A program made the translations under genes and the position numbers. The notes beneath the pieces are model-generated. The model was not told the DNA's origin and made no database searches. It saw only the letters and a program-made list of their open reading frames with translations. Below, in pieces: positions 1-11,686 of a stretch of DNA of 32,581 nucleotides (position 1 is the stretch's first letter; every line of letters starts with the position of its first letter). This DNA is from Guillardia theta CCMP2712 (taxonomy: Eukaryota > Protista > Cryptophyta), in contig NW_005434619.1 of assembly GCF_000315625.1 (NCBI RefSeq), positions 72,529 through 105,109 on the forward strand, read 5' to 3'.

Positions 1-53
1 GGAGGAGGAGGAGGAGGAGGAGCAGAAGCAGGAGCAGGAGCAGAAGGAGGGAC

Positions 54-1438
54 CTGTTCAAGATCCTTCCTATGGGAGTCGAATCGAAGAATGACATGGG
101 AGCTTTCATGACAGAGTCAAGCATCCTGTTTGAGCAAGTCAGAGACGGAGAGGAAGAAGATGGGGGAGAGAGGAAAGAGGAGGGGAGGGGAGGTGAGGGG
201 GATGATGAGAGGAGGGATCAGAGGAAATCGGATGGGGGGGGAAGAAAGGGACAAGGAAGCGAAGAAAAGTTTAGAGCACAATAGATCGAAGATGGGAGAG
301 AAGGAGAGAGGATGGGAGCAGGAAACGTGATGGGGGAAGAGAAGAAATTTCCTGTTGTGCAGGACAGAGGCAGCTCGAAGCTCCATGAGCATCAATGACA
401 CGTCTCTGATCAAAAAGAGAGCCTGCAAAAGAATAAAGAAATTACCATCGTCTAATATCGTCGTCGTTGTGATGATCATGATCATGATCGTCACTCTCCT
501 CCCCCCCCCCCCCCCCCCCCTTTCTCATCGTCATCATCTTCACCGTCACAATCGTTCTTTGCTTCTCTCCTCCTCCTCCTCCTCCTCCTCCTCCTCCTCC
601 TCCTCCTCCTCCTCATTCATCATGATGATCATGATCATCATCATCATCGTTCTGTGCTTCTTCTCTCCCTCCCTCTTACCGCAGACCCGAAGTTCCAGGT
701 AGCATAAACTCCGAGGTAGAAGGCGACTCGGTGACGGTCAGCAGCAGAGGCCCACTTAGTCAGCCACCAGTCGTTGCCGTTCCTTGCCGCCTGAGCAGAC
801 GAGCTCGTGAGAAGAGGAGAGGGAAGGAGAGGGAGGGAGAGGGAGGGAGAGGGAGGGAGAGAGGAGGAGAGACAGTGGTTGGTCTGAAGAGAAGAAGCGT
901 GCAAAGGAAAGAGAGTAGAGAAGAAAAGAAAAGATGAGTAGGGAGAAGGGAAAGAAAGAAAACAGAAAAGGACAGGAAAAAGGAAGGGAAGGGGAGGGGA
1001 AGGAAGGGAAGGGAAGGGAAGGGAAGGGAAGGGAAGGGAAGGCAAGGCAAGGCAAGGCAAGGCAAGGCAATGAAAGCAAGGTAGTCCTCAGATGCTTCAG
1101 CTCAGGTCTACCTGACTTAAGATACCAACAGCAGATATGATAGCGATGTACTTCAACCTGCGACAGAACAGTCAGCCAAACTCACGACAAACAAGGCAGG
1201 ACAAGGAACACCCCGTCCACCCCTCTCATGAGTCTTCTCAACCTCCTGCCTCTCCTCTCTGCCTCTCCTCCTCTCCTCTCTCCGTCTCCCTCCCAGCCCC
1301 CTCTCCCTCCCTAACTGTCCCCAGCTTACTTGAGCTCTCGGAAGTAGAAAGCGTACACATCGTGCGACACCGCTCCTTGCTTCTTGCTCTCCGGAGTCAC
1401 CTGACCGTCAGCCGTAAACAGTCAGACGCGGTTACGCC

Positions 1439-1504
<66 letters not shown>

Positions 1505-4037
1505 CCTGCTGGAACATCGATGGAGATCTCTTTGCCATCCCAGCAATCGCCGACGACCCAGACGTTCCTCCCTCCCCTGTAGTACTCTCCTCCTTGGACT
1601 TCTGACCTTCCTCACCACTTGCAGCAGCAGCAGAGGAGGAGGAGGTGGTGGTGGAGGAGGAGGCGACAGCAGGAGTCGCAGGAGCAGACGACGGCGCCGA
1701 TGCTGCAGGAGCAGAAGCAGGAGTTGCCTCAGCATCCTGCTTCTTCTGCGCACCCTCCTCTCCCTTCTCCTCCTCCTGCTTCTTGCTCTCATCCTCGCTC
1801 ACGTTGTCGATCACGGACTCCAGGTCCACTCCCTGCATCCTGATCTCGCTCAGCGTCCCCTGCGCCTGCACCTTCCCGTCCCCGAGCACGACAATGTAAT
1901 CCACCAGCGGCAGCAGGTCGAGCTTGTGGGTGACCAGAACTCTTGTCTTGTCCTGCAGCAGACGGATGAGGCAGTCGTCTAGCACGTGCGAGCCCACGTG
2001 ACTGTCCAGGGCGCTCATGACGTCATCCAGGAGGAGGCAGTCGAAGTTCTGGTACACAGCCCGGGCCAGCGCTATCCTCTGCTTCTGACCTCCCGACAGG
2101 TTCACCCCCCTCTCCCCGATCTCCGTCTCGTCTCCGTTGGGGAATTTTTCCAGGTCCGCCTCAAGCGCGCAGGCCTTGAGGACCTCCCTGTACCTCCTCT
2201 CGTCCATCGGCTTGCCGAACAGGATGTTGTCTCGGATGTTGGCGTTCTGGATCCAGGCCTGCTGCGGCACGTAGCCGACCTCTCGGGGTGCCCTCACTTC
2301 TCCCTCAAGGCACTTAGCATCTCCCAGCAGTGCAGATAGGAGGGTCGACTTGCCGCTGCCCACTTGGCCAACAATGGCCGTGAGACTGCCGCGGGGGATC
2401 TTGATGTTCACGTCCGTGAGGATGGGCCGGCTGGCGTTCCAGCCGATGGTGGCGGACTGGAGCTGGAAGGGGAGGAGGTCCTGGGAGGAGGTAAACTGAA
2501 TGTGCGAGAGGTCCCGCTCCTCAAGGCTCATGAACTCGTTGATCCTGTTGAGGGCGACGCGGCCTGAGACGATGGAGGAGATGAGGAGGGGGAAGACGAA
2601 GAGGGGGAAGGACATGATGTTGATGATGCTCAGGGCGGGCAGGACGACCTGCATGGTAAGGGGGTGCCCGAGAGCAGCGTATGCTCCGAATGTCGCCACG
2701 GAGACGGTGACAGGGGCAGAGTTCCAGAAGATGCTCTGCATGCTAGCGATGTAGCCATACCTCCGCAGCCTCTTCACCTCTTTCTTCCTGACGTCGGCGA
2801 TGCGGCGCAGCAGAGGCTTCTCCCACGCAAACATCTTGATGACCTTGATGCTGTGCAGCATCTCCGACACCTGCTTGACCCTCCTGTCCTTCTCCACCAT
2901 GTTCTTCTCCTGCAGTTTGCGAAGCTGGATGAGGATGGAGGCGTTGATGGGCATGATCGCGATCATAACTAGCAGGCCAACCAGGGACGCCACACCAACC
3001 ATGCGGTACAGGAGGATCATGGAGAGCAAGATCTGAAGGGGAGAGCTCCATACCAGGTTGTGAAGGTACGGCACAAGGTCGACGATCCTCTGGACATCGA
3101 CGGACATGAGGTTGACAAGCTCGCCGAGCGACTTCTGGTGGCGCGAGGAGGAAGACAACTTGAGCGACTTCTTGTAGATGCAGGAGACCAGCGCACCCCT
3201 CATCTGCATGGAGACGTCGAAGACCTTGTCGAAGTACTTATGCAGCGCCACCGAGGAGGCGTACTGGATCACGAAGAAGCACATGCACAGAAAAATGCCC
3301 TCCCGCCATGTCGGGACGTGGTCCATGCCCTTGGGGTCGACGTAGCGGTACACGGCCTTGACCAGGAAGGGAGAGAGGAAGGCAAGGAGGTCGTGGGGTA
3401 GCTTCCACAGCCCCCCACACATAAAGGGTACCTTGAAGACCCTCCAGGAGGCAGACAGGAGCGTCGGCGCCATGCTCTCCGAGCAGTTGCGCAGGAACTC
3501 CCTCATCTCCAGCTCCTCGGTGGTGTTGGCCGAGCAAGAGGATGGGTCTTCCTTCAACGCGCGCTCCAAGGCAAGTCCATGGACCTCGGCCTTGTCCTCC
3601 TCAGGAAACGGCGGCAGCTCCTGTTCCTCCAGGGGGTGGTCATAGCCGGCCTTGATGAGGGGATACATGTAGGAGAAGGTACTTCCTGACAACCATGTCT
3701 TCCTTGCCAGCCGAATCTTCTTGTGCTCCTCCGCCCCCTGCTGTAGATCTGAACTGCTCCCGTTGCCCCCCGACAGTCTGGTGTTGTTGGAGTTGACAGC
3801 AGGAGGGGCAAAGGCAGTGAGATGCTCCTTCCTCTTCAGCTGAGCTTTCGCTGGGCTAGAGGTGGCGGACTTTGAGAGAGAGTTTGCTTTCTTGGGCGAG
3901 TCCAAGGACATGTGATGTAAGGCATTGGCGCTGCTGACGCAAAGCAAGAGGGCAAGGGAAAGGCAAGCCATCCTGACGGATCGAGCAGCTCTGGTGAAGG
4001 ATGCTTTCATCGGCATGCTGTCCACCTCCTTCGTCAT
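54..4037 (-). CDS. ABCC: ABCC/MRP-type ABC transporter, 5' part (TMD1-NBD1-linker-start of TMD2); continues beyond the left edge of the window
   Basis: Large first exon ~4037-1506 encodes TMD1 and NBD1: Walker [20 protein letters not shown], signature LSGGQKQR, Walker B LLLDD, SALD. Hand-spliced exons stay in frame: 1400-1330 ([20 protein letters not shown]), 1157-1112, 790-680 ([10 protein letters not shown]...FYLGVY), 422-352 (RAASVLHN), 125-54 ([23 protein letters not shown], the ABCC TMD2 motif). Start is uncertain (ATGs at 4037, 4016, 4010, 3971). Confidence 0.95.
982..1068. repeat. (GGGAA)n/(GGCAA)n pentanucleotide repeat, intronic
   Basis: Visible tandem pentamers in ABCC intron 791-1111. 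Confidence 0.9.
1440..1500. repeat. (TCA)n microsatellite inside ABCC intron 1401-1505
   Basis: About 20 TCA units between a GT donor (1505) and an AG acceptor (1401) on the minus strand. Confidence 0.95.
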
Positions 4038-4786
4038 GCCAAACACGCTGAGTTGACCGCTCCTGGTGCGCTAGTTCGTAGAGGATATCAGAGTTCTCGT
4101 CGAATAGAAATCAGTCCGGTGCTGACATGGCCTGATGGAGGGGATTTGGGTCGATGTGCGAACTGACGGCCAGAAGTCAGGAAGACAACAAACATTTCAA
4201 ACTACTATCATGCAACTGGATGCTAGGAATGATCTCTCCTTCCTGATTCTATCGCTGATACGATGCCTTGACGTACATGTACCCTGAAAGCTCAGTGGAG
4301 AAATGCCTCCCGCATTCATGTCCTCACAATTATACCACAGATCACATCGCTTCTGTTCTTTCCTCTCCCATGCGGGATACACCTCTCCCTTCTCTCTTGC
4401 ACCCGCCCCCGCCACCCCGCCCCCCTCCCTCCCCCCTCCCCCCTCCCCCCCTCCCGTCCCTCCCCCCCCCCCCTCCCCCGTTCCCCGCCCCTGCCATCCT
4501 CTGCCTCACACATAAGGACAACTACCCCGCATCCCCACTATGACCCTGCTTTGGGCCCCATGCATCTCTGGGGCGGACCTGGCAGAGAGGGAGGTGGAAT
4601 GAGCGGGGACGAGGGCTGAGTATTGCAATGCTGTCGTGGCTTTCGGAGAGATCGACAGTCAAGGAGGAAGGAGGGAGGAAGAGGGAGGAAGAGGAGGGGA
4701 GGCCGAGGAGCAGGAGATGAGAGGAAGAGGAGATGAACTGCTAGACACAAGGGACAGCGCTGGAGGAGCCTTGTTCATGGAGTTCC

Positions 4787-7700
4787 ATGCTGCAGACTGA
4801 GGGCCAGCGCATGGGCACGAATTCGGTGGAAGCGGGGGAAGAGGAGATGGAAGGGATCCAAGATGGCGAGCACATGAGCATGACCAGGATGTCGGATCAG
4901 TCTCCAGCGCTGCCCGGCGACTTCTCCTTCTCCTCTCCGGCAGGATGCTCAGCTGTCGACAGGAGTCTCAACGACCCCGATGGCGGCGCCTCGGTGCTCC
5001 GCAGATCTCTGGACGTGGCGGAGAGAGAGATGTCGGAGCTGAGGAAGAAGCTGAAGCGATCGCAGGAGCGATGCGAGGCCCTGGAGAGGGAGAGGGAGGA
5101 GAGGTACGTGAAGATGAAGGCAGAGATCTACGAGAACAGCATGAGCCTTATGCGGGAGGTGCAGAAAGGGCACAACGACTCTCAGGAGATCTCGGCGAGG
5201 AGGATCGCGTTCCTCGAGAGGGAGCTCGACGCTGCCAGGAGCGACTGCTCCAACATGGAGATGCTGTCGAGGGAGCTGGAGACGAAGAAGAACGAGTGCA
5301 ACGAGCTGCAGGAGGCGCTGGAGGAGCTCGAGAACGAGAAGCGGGTGGAGATAGCTGCGGCGGTCGAGCAAGCGTGCGCTGATCTCAGAAGGAGTTTGCA
5401 AGTTGCTGATGAGTCTCATGGTGACGCTCTCCCTTCCCCCCTCGTTCCCTCCCCCCTCCTCACCTCTTTCCATCTATCCCTCCATCCCTCTTTCTTCCCT
5501 TTCCCTCTTACTTTCCTTCTGCTCTTCCCCGCCTACCATGGTGTATCAAGTTGAAACCTGTCAGCAGGGAGCCACGAACAAGCTGATAAGCAAGACACCA
5601 AAGTAGACGGAAGGTATCGATCCTCGTTGGGGGTTTGCCCGCTGACATCGTGTTTCAGCCTTGAGGAGAATATGGCAGACTACCATCTCAATCAAACCAC
5701 TCAAGTGAGCTGGGATGATGTACGCTCCTCGGGTGATGATAGAGACAGGGCAACAAGTACACGGATGAAGAGTTTGAGGCGATGAATGCTCAGGTTTGTT
5801 GTCTTCTCCTCCCCTCCCTCCCCTTCCATTGTCCTCCTCGTCCTTGTTTCTCTACCTCCTCCACTGTCTCTCCCTCTTCCCTCTTCTTCCACTTCAGCTC
5901 CACATGTAGTGTTTTGCTCTAACTCGTTTCCACTAGCTCGAGCGTGTGAGCGAGGACAAGGAGTCATTACAGCACAGGTTTGACATGCACGTCCGATGTC
6001 GTGCTGACAGTCAACATCACCTGCCACGTAGTGTTAGTCTGTTGTGTTGATTGAGCACGTCTCTGCTTTACCTCTCACTTGAGCTCACTGTCCGACAAGC
6101 TGATGGTGCTCGAACAGGCTGTGCGATGCAGAGGAGAAGAACAAAAGGCTCGAGCGAGAGCTGCACAGGTTGTTGCTCTCCATGCTCCCCACAGAACGTG
6201 ATGGTCAAGCTTAACATGTAGTGGATGGAGCTGACGTTTGTTGCGCTGGTGTTTGTTCGGATGTACCCGATTCTAGATGTGTTCATGATTGTTCAGATGT
6301 AGTCCATGTTTGTTTTATATGTGGTTTCTCTCGCGGTGCTCTGAAACTCCAGCTCCTTGGCAGGATGTCAGACATCCAACGGCAGATGGAGGTGACGTGG
6401 CGTCGAGTGTGGGGATTGAGAGCTGATAGCGGCGCGGCAGGTGAAGTTCGCGCAAGTGCAGATGGAGTATCAGATCTTCATGGAGATGGAGGCGAGGAAC
6501 CGTCAGGTGCGACCCTCCTGACGTCTTCATGCTGAGCTTGCCTCTCTCGATGACATGCGATGTTGCTGGCAGTGGGAGGAAGACTCTAGCTCCTTGTACT
6601 CGAGGTCAGGTGACGTGCTCTGCGATCTCTGCTCCTCACCCCGGGGGTCTGCGGCAGGGACAAGAGCAAGAAGAAGAACAGGGGCAGCAGGGAAGAAGGT
6701 CTGCAAAGGCAGCGAGCTGAACAAGATTCTGAGATGGGCAAGAGCATCCTGTTGCTCCAGGTGCTTGGAACTGTGCAATCCCTTCCCTCCCCCCCCCTCC
6801 CCTTCTCGTTTCTGTTTCCTTGCCACCCTCCTCCTCCTCCTCCTCCTCCTCCCCCTCCTCCTCCTCCCTTTCACCATGCTCAATATCTTCTCATTCTCCG
6901 CATTTTCTCTCCTCTCTCTCACCATTTCCCTAGAACGACGTGGAGAACCTCCGCTATCAACTCGAGTCCCGGGACGCGGAGCTCAGGTCTTTCCTGCTGC
7001 TGGCTGTCGCACTTGCCTGAGTGGTGTGGGCAGGGCCGTGAAGCTGCAGTACACGAACACGTCCAGCAACCAGGCTGATGAGGTGAAGTATCATCTTCGA
7101 CCGCCTCCGACGCGCCGGCGGTTTGACTTGACCTGGCAGTTGACATCTGCCAAGAAGGAGTTGGAGCAGATGAGGGAGAAGTTGATGTTGGTGGAGAACT
7201 CCAAGACGCTGTCGCCGTCGGCGGCAGCAACAGATATGTCGCTGTACAGGTGCTGGGGAAGTTCCTGCCTTGAAGTCAGGCGTGTTGAGCTGTCAGTAGG
7301 AAGCTGCGATCCCTTGAGGATGAGACGAGGCAGTTGGAGGATGAGAAGGGCTACCTGCGGGAGCAGCTGGAGGAGGAGAGGAGAATGAGGACGAAGACGA
7401 GAGGAGAGCTCGACGATCAGATCACCTTCTACCAGAATCTCATCAAGAACTTCATCATCCTGGTTGACTAGACCAGCTTCTCCTCCTCCCCTCCCCTCCC
7501 CTTGCCTCTCCCCTCCCATGTCTTCCAGTCTCCCCCTACCTCTCCAGTCCCGCCCCTCCTCTCCCTCCCCCCACCTCTTCTCCACTGCTCCTCCTTCTCT
7601 CTTCTTTTTCCATTACACTTTCCATGATGTCAGATTTTCATCCTCTCCTTCCTCCTGCTCCCTTCCCCTTCTGCTCTTTATTTTCATACCTGCAGGTGCC

Positions 7701-9896
7701 CGATGAGCTTCAGTCTGTGCAGGAAGCAGTCTTACGATCTCTCTCTTCGCACAAGGTTCTTGCCCTCTCCCCTCCCCTCCCCTCCTCCCCTCTCCCTCCG
7801 TCTCTCCGTCTCTCCCCTCTTGCCCCTCACTCTTCCTCCCGGGCTTGTTCCTCTCCCCCTCTTTATTTTCCTCTTGCCTCTCTTCCTCTGCCCTCCTCCT
7901 CATCATCGTCTTCTAGGCGGTCAACATTAGAAAGGGCTTCTACAACTGGAGCGACTCGTCTCCACTGGTAAAGAATTCCTCCTCCTCCTCCTCCTCCTCC
8001 TCCTCCTCCTTCCCCACCACTTCCTCCTCCTTCCCCTCCTCTTCCCCCTCGTCCTCGTTCTCCTCCATTGCCTCGTGCTCTGTGACCTGACCATTCTCTC
8101 AGGTGGTCAATGGCTTTTTGAATCTTGTTATCTCCTCTCCTCTTCGCGGTACGAGCGTAATAACAAACATGCAGGCAAGCGAGGAGGAAGCGGTCATGCG
8201 GGGATCCTGGTCCCTGGAGGAGAGCAGGTAAGGATGAAGAGGAGCAGCGGCATCGGCAGCCTGCGCAGGAGCAATAGGAGCAACAGCAAACAGCGCAGGG
8301 GGAGGGCAGGGGCGGGAAAAGGAGCAGGAGCAGCAGGAGTGCGTAGTTGTTGTGACGGAAGCATTTCGAAGGAGAGAGGGAGAGGAGGAGGGGGCAGAAG
8401 GGAGCAAGGAGGGAGGGGAGGGAGAGGAGGGAGGAGAGGCACGAGGAACCAAGGTGAGCAGGATGGACGCTTGACTGGTTTTACAGCTCAGGAAGTTTCC
8501 GAGGATNNNNNNNNNNNNNNNNNNNNNNNNNNNNNNNNNNNNNNNNNNNNNNNNNNNNNNNNNNNNNNNNNNNNNNNNNNNNNNNNNNNNNNNNNNNNNN
8601 NNNNNNGAGAGGAGGAGGAGGAAGGCATATCGTAATGTTTCATGGCCAGGGAGGATATGCGTTGAGCTTTACGGAAGACGCAAACTGCACGTTGAGACGA
8701 GTAGCGATCAGGTGAGCAGGAGGAGCAGGAGGAGTTAGGGGGGTGGGGGGCGGGCAGAACCGAGACCGAGAGGAAGAGGATTGGACTGGACTCAGACTTT
8801 CTTCAGCGGGTTTCAGTATGGTATGTGCTTGGGCGACAGCGCGCAGGTATCAAATGAGACGAAGAGCGAGGAAGAGAGAAAGGGAGGGAGGGAGGGAAGG
8901 ACGAGGGAAGGCAGGAGCAGGATGAGTTGACGGCTTGTCTGGCTCAGGTGTCAGTGATGGAAGGGAGCGAGATCAAGTGCGAGCACGCGATCGTGCTGGG
9001 GAACGTGTCCTCAGACGCGAAGCTGGTGCTGAGCAAGGGAATCACTTTGCAAGAGGAACTGTGCAGCCCAAGAGATCTGAGCCGGTAAGAGGTGGAGGGG
9101 AAGAGGAGGAGAGAGGAAGGGAGAGGAGACGAGGATTGTGGTGCAGGAGAGGCAGGAGAAGAAGGATGAAACGAGTGAGGACGAGGAGGAGATGGAAGAC
9201 CAGGAAGGGGAGGACGAGAACGAGGAGGAGGAGGAGGAGGAGGAGGAGAAGCAAGGGGAGGTGAAACATGAGGGGGAAGAGGAGAAGGAGGAAGGGGGAA
9301 ACGATGACGATAACCGGTTGCAGGCTCAAGGAGTTGATTAGCGCAAACTTGATGGCGGAGGAGGGAGCATGGATATTCGAGGAGGAGGGAGAGCGCAACT
9401 TGATTTCTTCCATGGCTCCTGTTGGACCCTTCTCTCCCATCCTCAGAGGTGTGAGACTGCTCGCTGCTTCCTCCCTCCTTGACGAGGTTGCCGCAGAGGT
9501 AGAGGGCCTTCGTCACGGGGACTTGGTGGCATGCGGTATGAATCATCCCCTCTCCCTACCCCTCCTGCTCTCCTCCTCGTACTCCTCCACCTCCTCCTCC
9601 TCCTCCTCCTCCTCCTTCCTCCTGCCCCTTCCCAATTAGTCACATCGGCAACAGGAGGAGATTTCAGCCCTGCAACGTGGTCAGCAGCATCGAATTCAGA
9701 GGAGCAGGACGCTGGGAGGAGGAGGAGAGGAGCGCGGGGGAGCAGGCTAGCGGTGCTGGGGAAGGAAGAAGAGGAGGAAGGAGAAGGTGACGAGGAGGAG
9801 GGGGGGGCTGAGCAGGAGGGGGAGACGTCAGAGATTGCGAAGCGAATCTTTTACGAAGGACAAGATGACGATGAAGATTCAGATAACAGCCTGTGA
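4787..9896 (+). CDS. Multi-exon protein: long N-terminal coiled coil, probable beta-helix-like segment, acidic C-terminus (may be two genes; spans a gap)
   Basis: First exon is E/K/R/L heptad-rich. Many small GT-AG exons keep the frame, e.g. VKFAQVQMEYQIFMEMEARNRQ, NDVENLRYQLESRDAELR, KLRSLEDETRQLEDEKGYLREQLEEERR. Later exons MRGSWSLEESSSGSFRG, YALSFTEDANCTLRRVAIR and VSVMEGSEIKCEHAIVLGNV look like beta-helix repeats. Stop at 9896. N gap at 8507-8606. Confidence 0.65.
8507..8606. other. Assembly gap (100 N)
   Basis: Run of N. Confidence 1.
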
Positions 9897-10148
9897 AGCG
9901 GAGAAGAGAGAAGGAGAAGGGCAGGAGAGGACAGCACAGTTTAGCGCAGGCAAGGACAGCCCAGGGGATGGCAGGGCAGGGCAGGGCAGGGCAGGGCAGG
10001 GCAGGGCAGGGCAAGTGATGGGTCGAGACGGGACGGGACGGTGATTGTGAAGTGAAAGTCAAGAACAACTGAACAAGAGCAAGAGTTGAGTTAGAAGCAT
10101 GATGGTTCAGTGTTCTTTGTTGTAATGAAACAGTGAAGCGAAGCATGC

Positions 10149-11632
10149 TCATGGGTTGTCGGGGTTTGACCCTGCAGCTGACATGCGGCAGATTATGATG
10201 ATCTCCTCCTTGTGTGCTCCGTTGGTGCCTGACAAGTGAAAAGTGAGAACAAGGGTGGAGGGAGAGACTGAAGTTGTGATGTCAATGAGAGAAGGAGCAG
10301 GAGACAACACGAGACGAAGGAGAGGAGAGGGAGGAGGAGAGAGCAAGAGATTCTGGGCTGGGAGACAGCGAGCAATGACAATCACGACTGTCATGGAGGA
10401 AAACTCACACTCGTTCTCAACCTCCTCGATCGACAACTGCAGCCCAAGACAACAGTCAGGACCAGCAGCAGGACAAACCCCTCCTCCGCTCCTCACCCCG
10501 ATAGCGCATGCGATGGCATCATAACACCTCGAGCCATCGCACAGGGAGAGCAGCTTGTTCAACCAGCGTCACGCGCTGTCGCACCGTACCATCCTCTCAC
10601 CTTCGCCGTCAAGTCCTTCCCGTTGTTGCCCTGGGATGCTGCAGGTTCTTTCCTTGACGCTGTGATGCTTGACTGCAAAGAGAGCGCAGATTCAGCGAAG
10701 AACATCTGTGCAAGTGAGACAACTTCGACCTTCTCCTCTCTTCATCTCCTCATCTCCCCCTCGTGACCTCCTCTTCTCTTCCTCTCCTTTTCTTCTATCA
10801 GCCCTGCCTCCTCCCAAAGTCCCACAGCCTCTTCCCCTTGACTGTTCTCCTCTTATTTCAGTCCCGTCTTTGTTACCATCCCCTCCCTCTCCCTTCTCCT
10901 CACTCGTACTACCCCCCCACACCCCCCCACACCCCCAGCCCCCTTGTTCTCTCTTCTCTCTCCTCCTCCCATTCCTCCCTTTCTCTCCTCCTCCTCCTCC
11001 TCCACTATATCTCTATCCTTATCCTTCCATCCACCTTCACACCTGACTCGGTCCTGTCCAAATCGGCCAGTGGTGCATTCTCCGCAGGTATCTGACATGT
11101 CAATCAGCAGATGATGCCGTCTCGAAGATGGTTTGCCTGTGAACTCGACCGAAGGTCAAGAGGCGAATGACATCGATGTTGTCGTTCTTCTTGAGAGATT
11201 CAGGAGAGGCGATCTGGACAGCTCTTGAACAAAATCGAAGGATCGATAAAAGAAGGTAGAAGAGAAGGGAATGAGAGGAGAGGGGAGGGGAGGAGGGAAG
11301 AGGAGAGAAGAGGAAAGGAGGGGAGGGGAGAGGAGAGGAGAGGAGAGGAGAGGAGAGGAGAGGAGAGGAGAGGAGAGGAGAGGAGAGGAGAGGAGAGGAG
11401 GGAGAGGAGGAGGAAAGGAGGGAAGGAGGAGGAAGGGGGTAGGGAGGGAGAGGAGGAGGACGAGGACGAGGACGAGGAGGACGAGGACGAGGACGAGGAC
11501 GAGGAGGTCGNNNNNNNNNNNNNNNNNNNNNNNNNNNNNNNNNNNNNNNNNNNNNNNNNNNNNNNNNNNNNNNNNNNNNNNNNNNNNNNNNNNNNNNNNN
11601 NNNNNNNNNNCAATACGAGAGAGAGAGAGAGA

Positions 11633-11686
<54 letters not shown>

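Noticed and set aside
644-1140. Pro/Leu/Ser-rich and Gly/Arg/Glu-rich ORFs here and at 9-14 kb
   Set aside because: Stop-free readings of polypurine/polypyrimidine intron tracts.
1422-1505. Poly-Asp tail and stop making the ABC ORF look like a half transporter
   Set aside because: The (GAT)n tract lies in GT-AG intron 1505-1401, and downstream exons encode TMD2.
1986-3645. Long antisense ORFs over the ABCC exon, and likewise over importin (30027-32077)
   Set aside because: Expected shadow ORFs of GC3-rich coding sequence, with no recognisable motifs.
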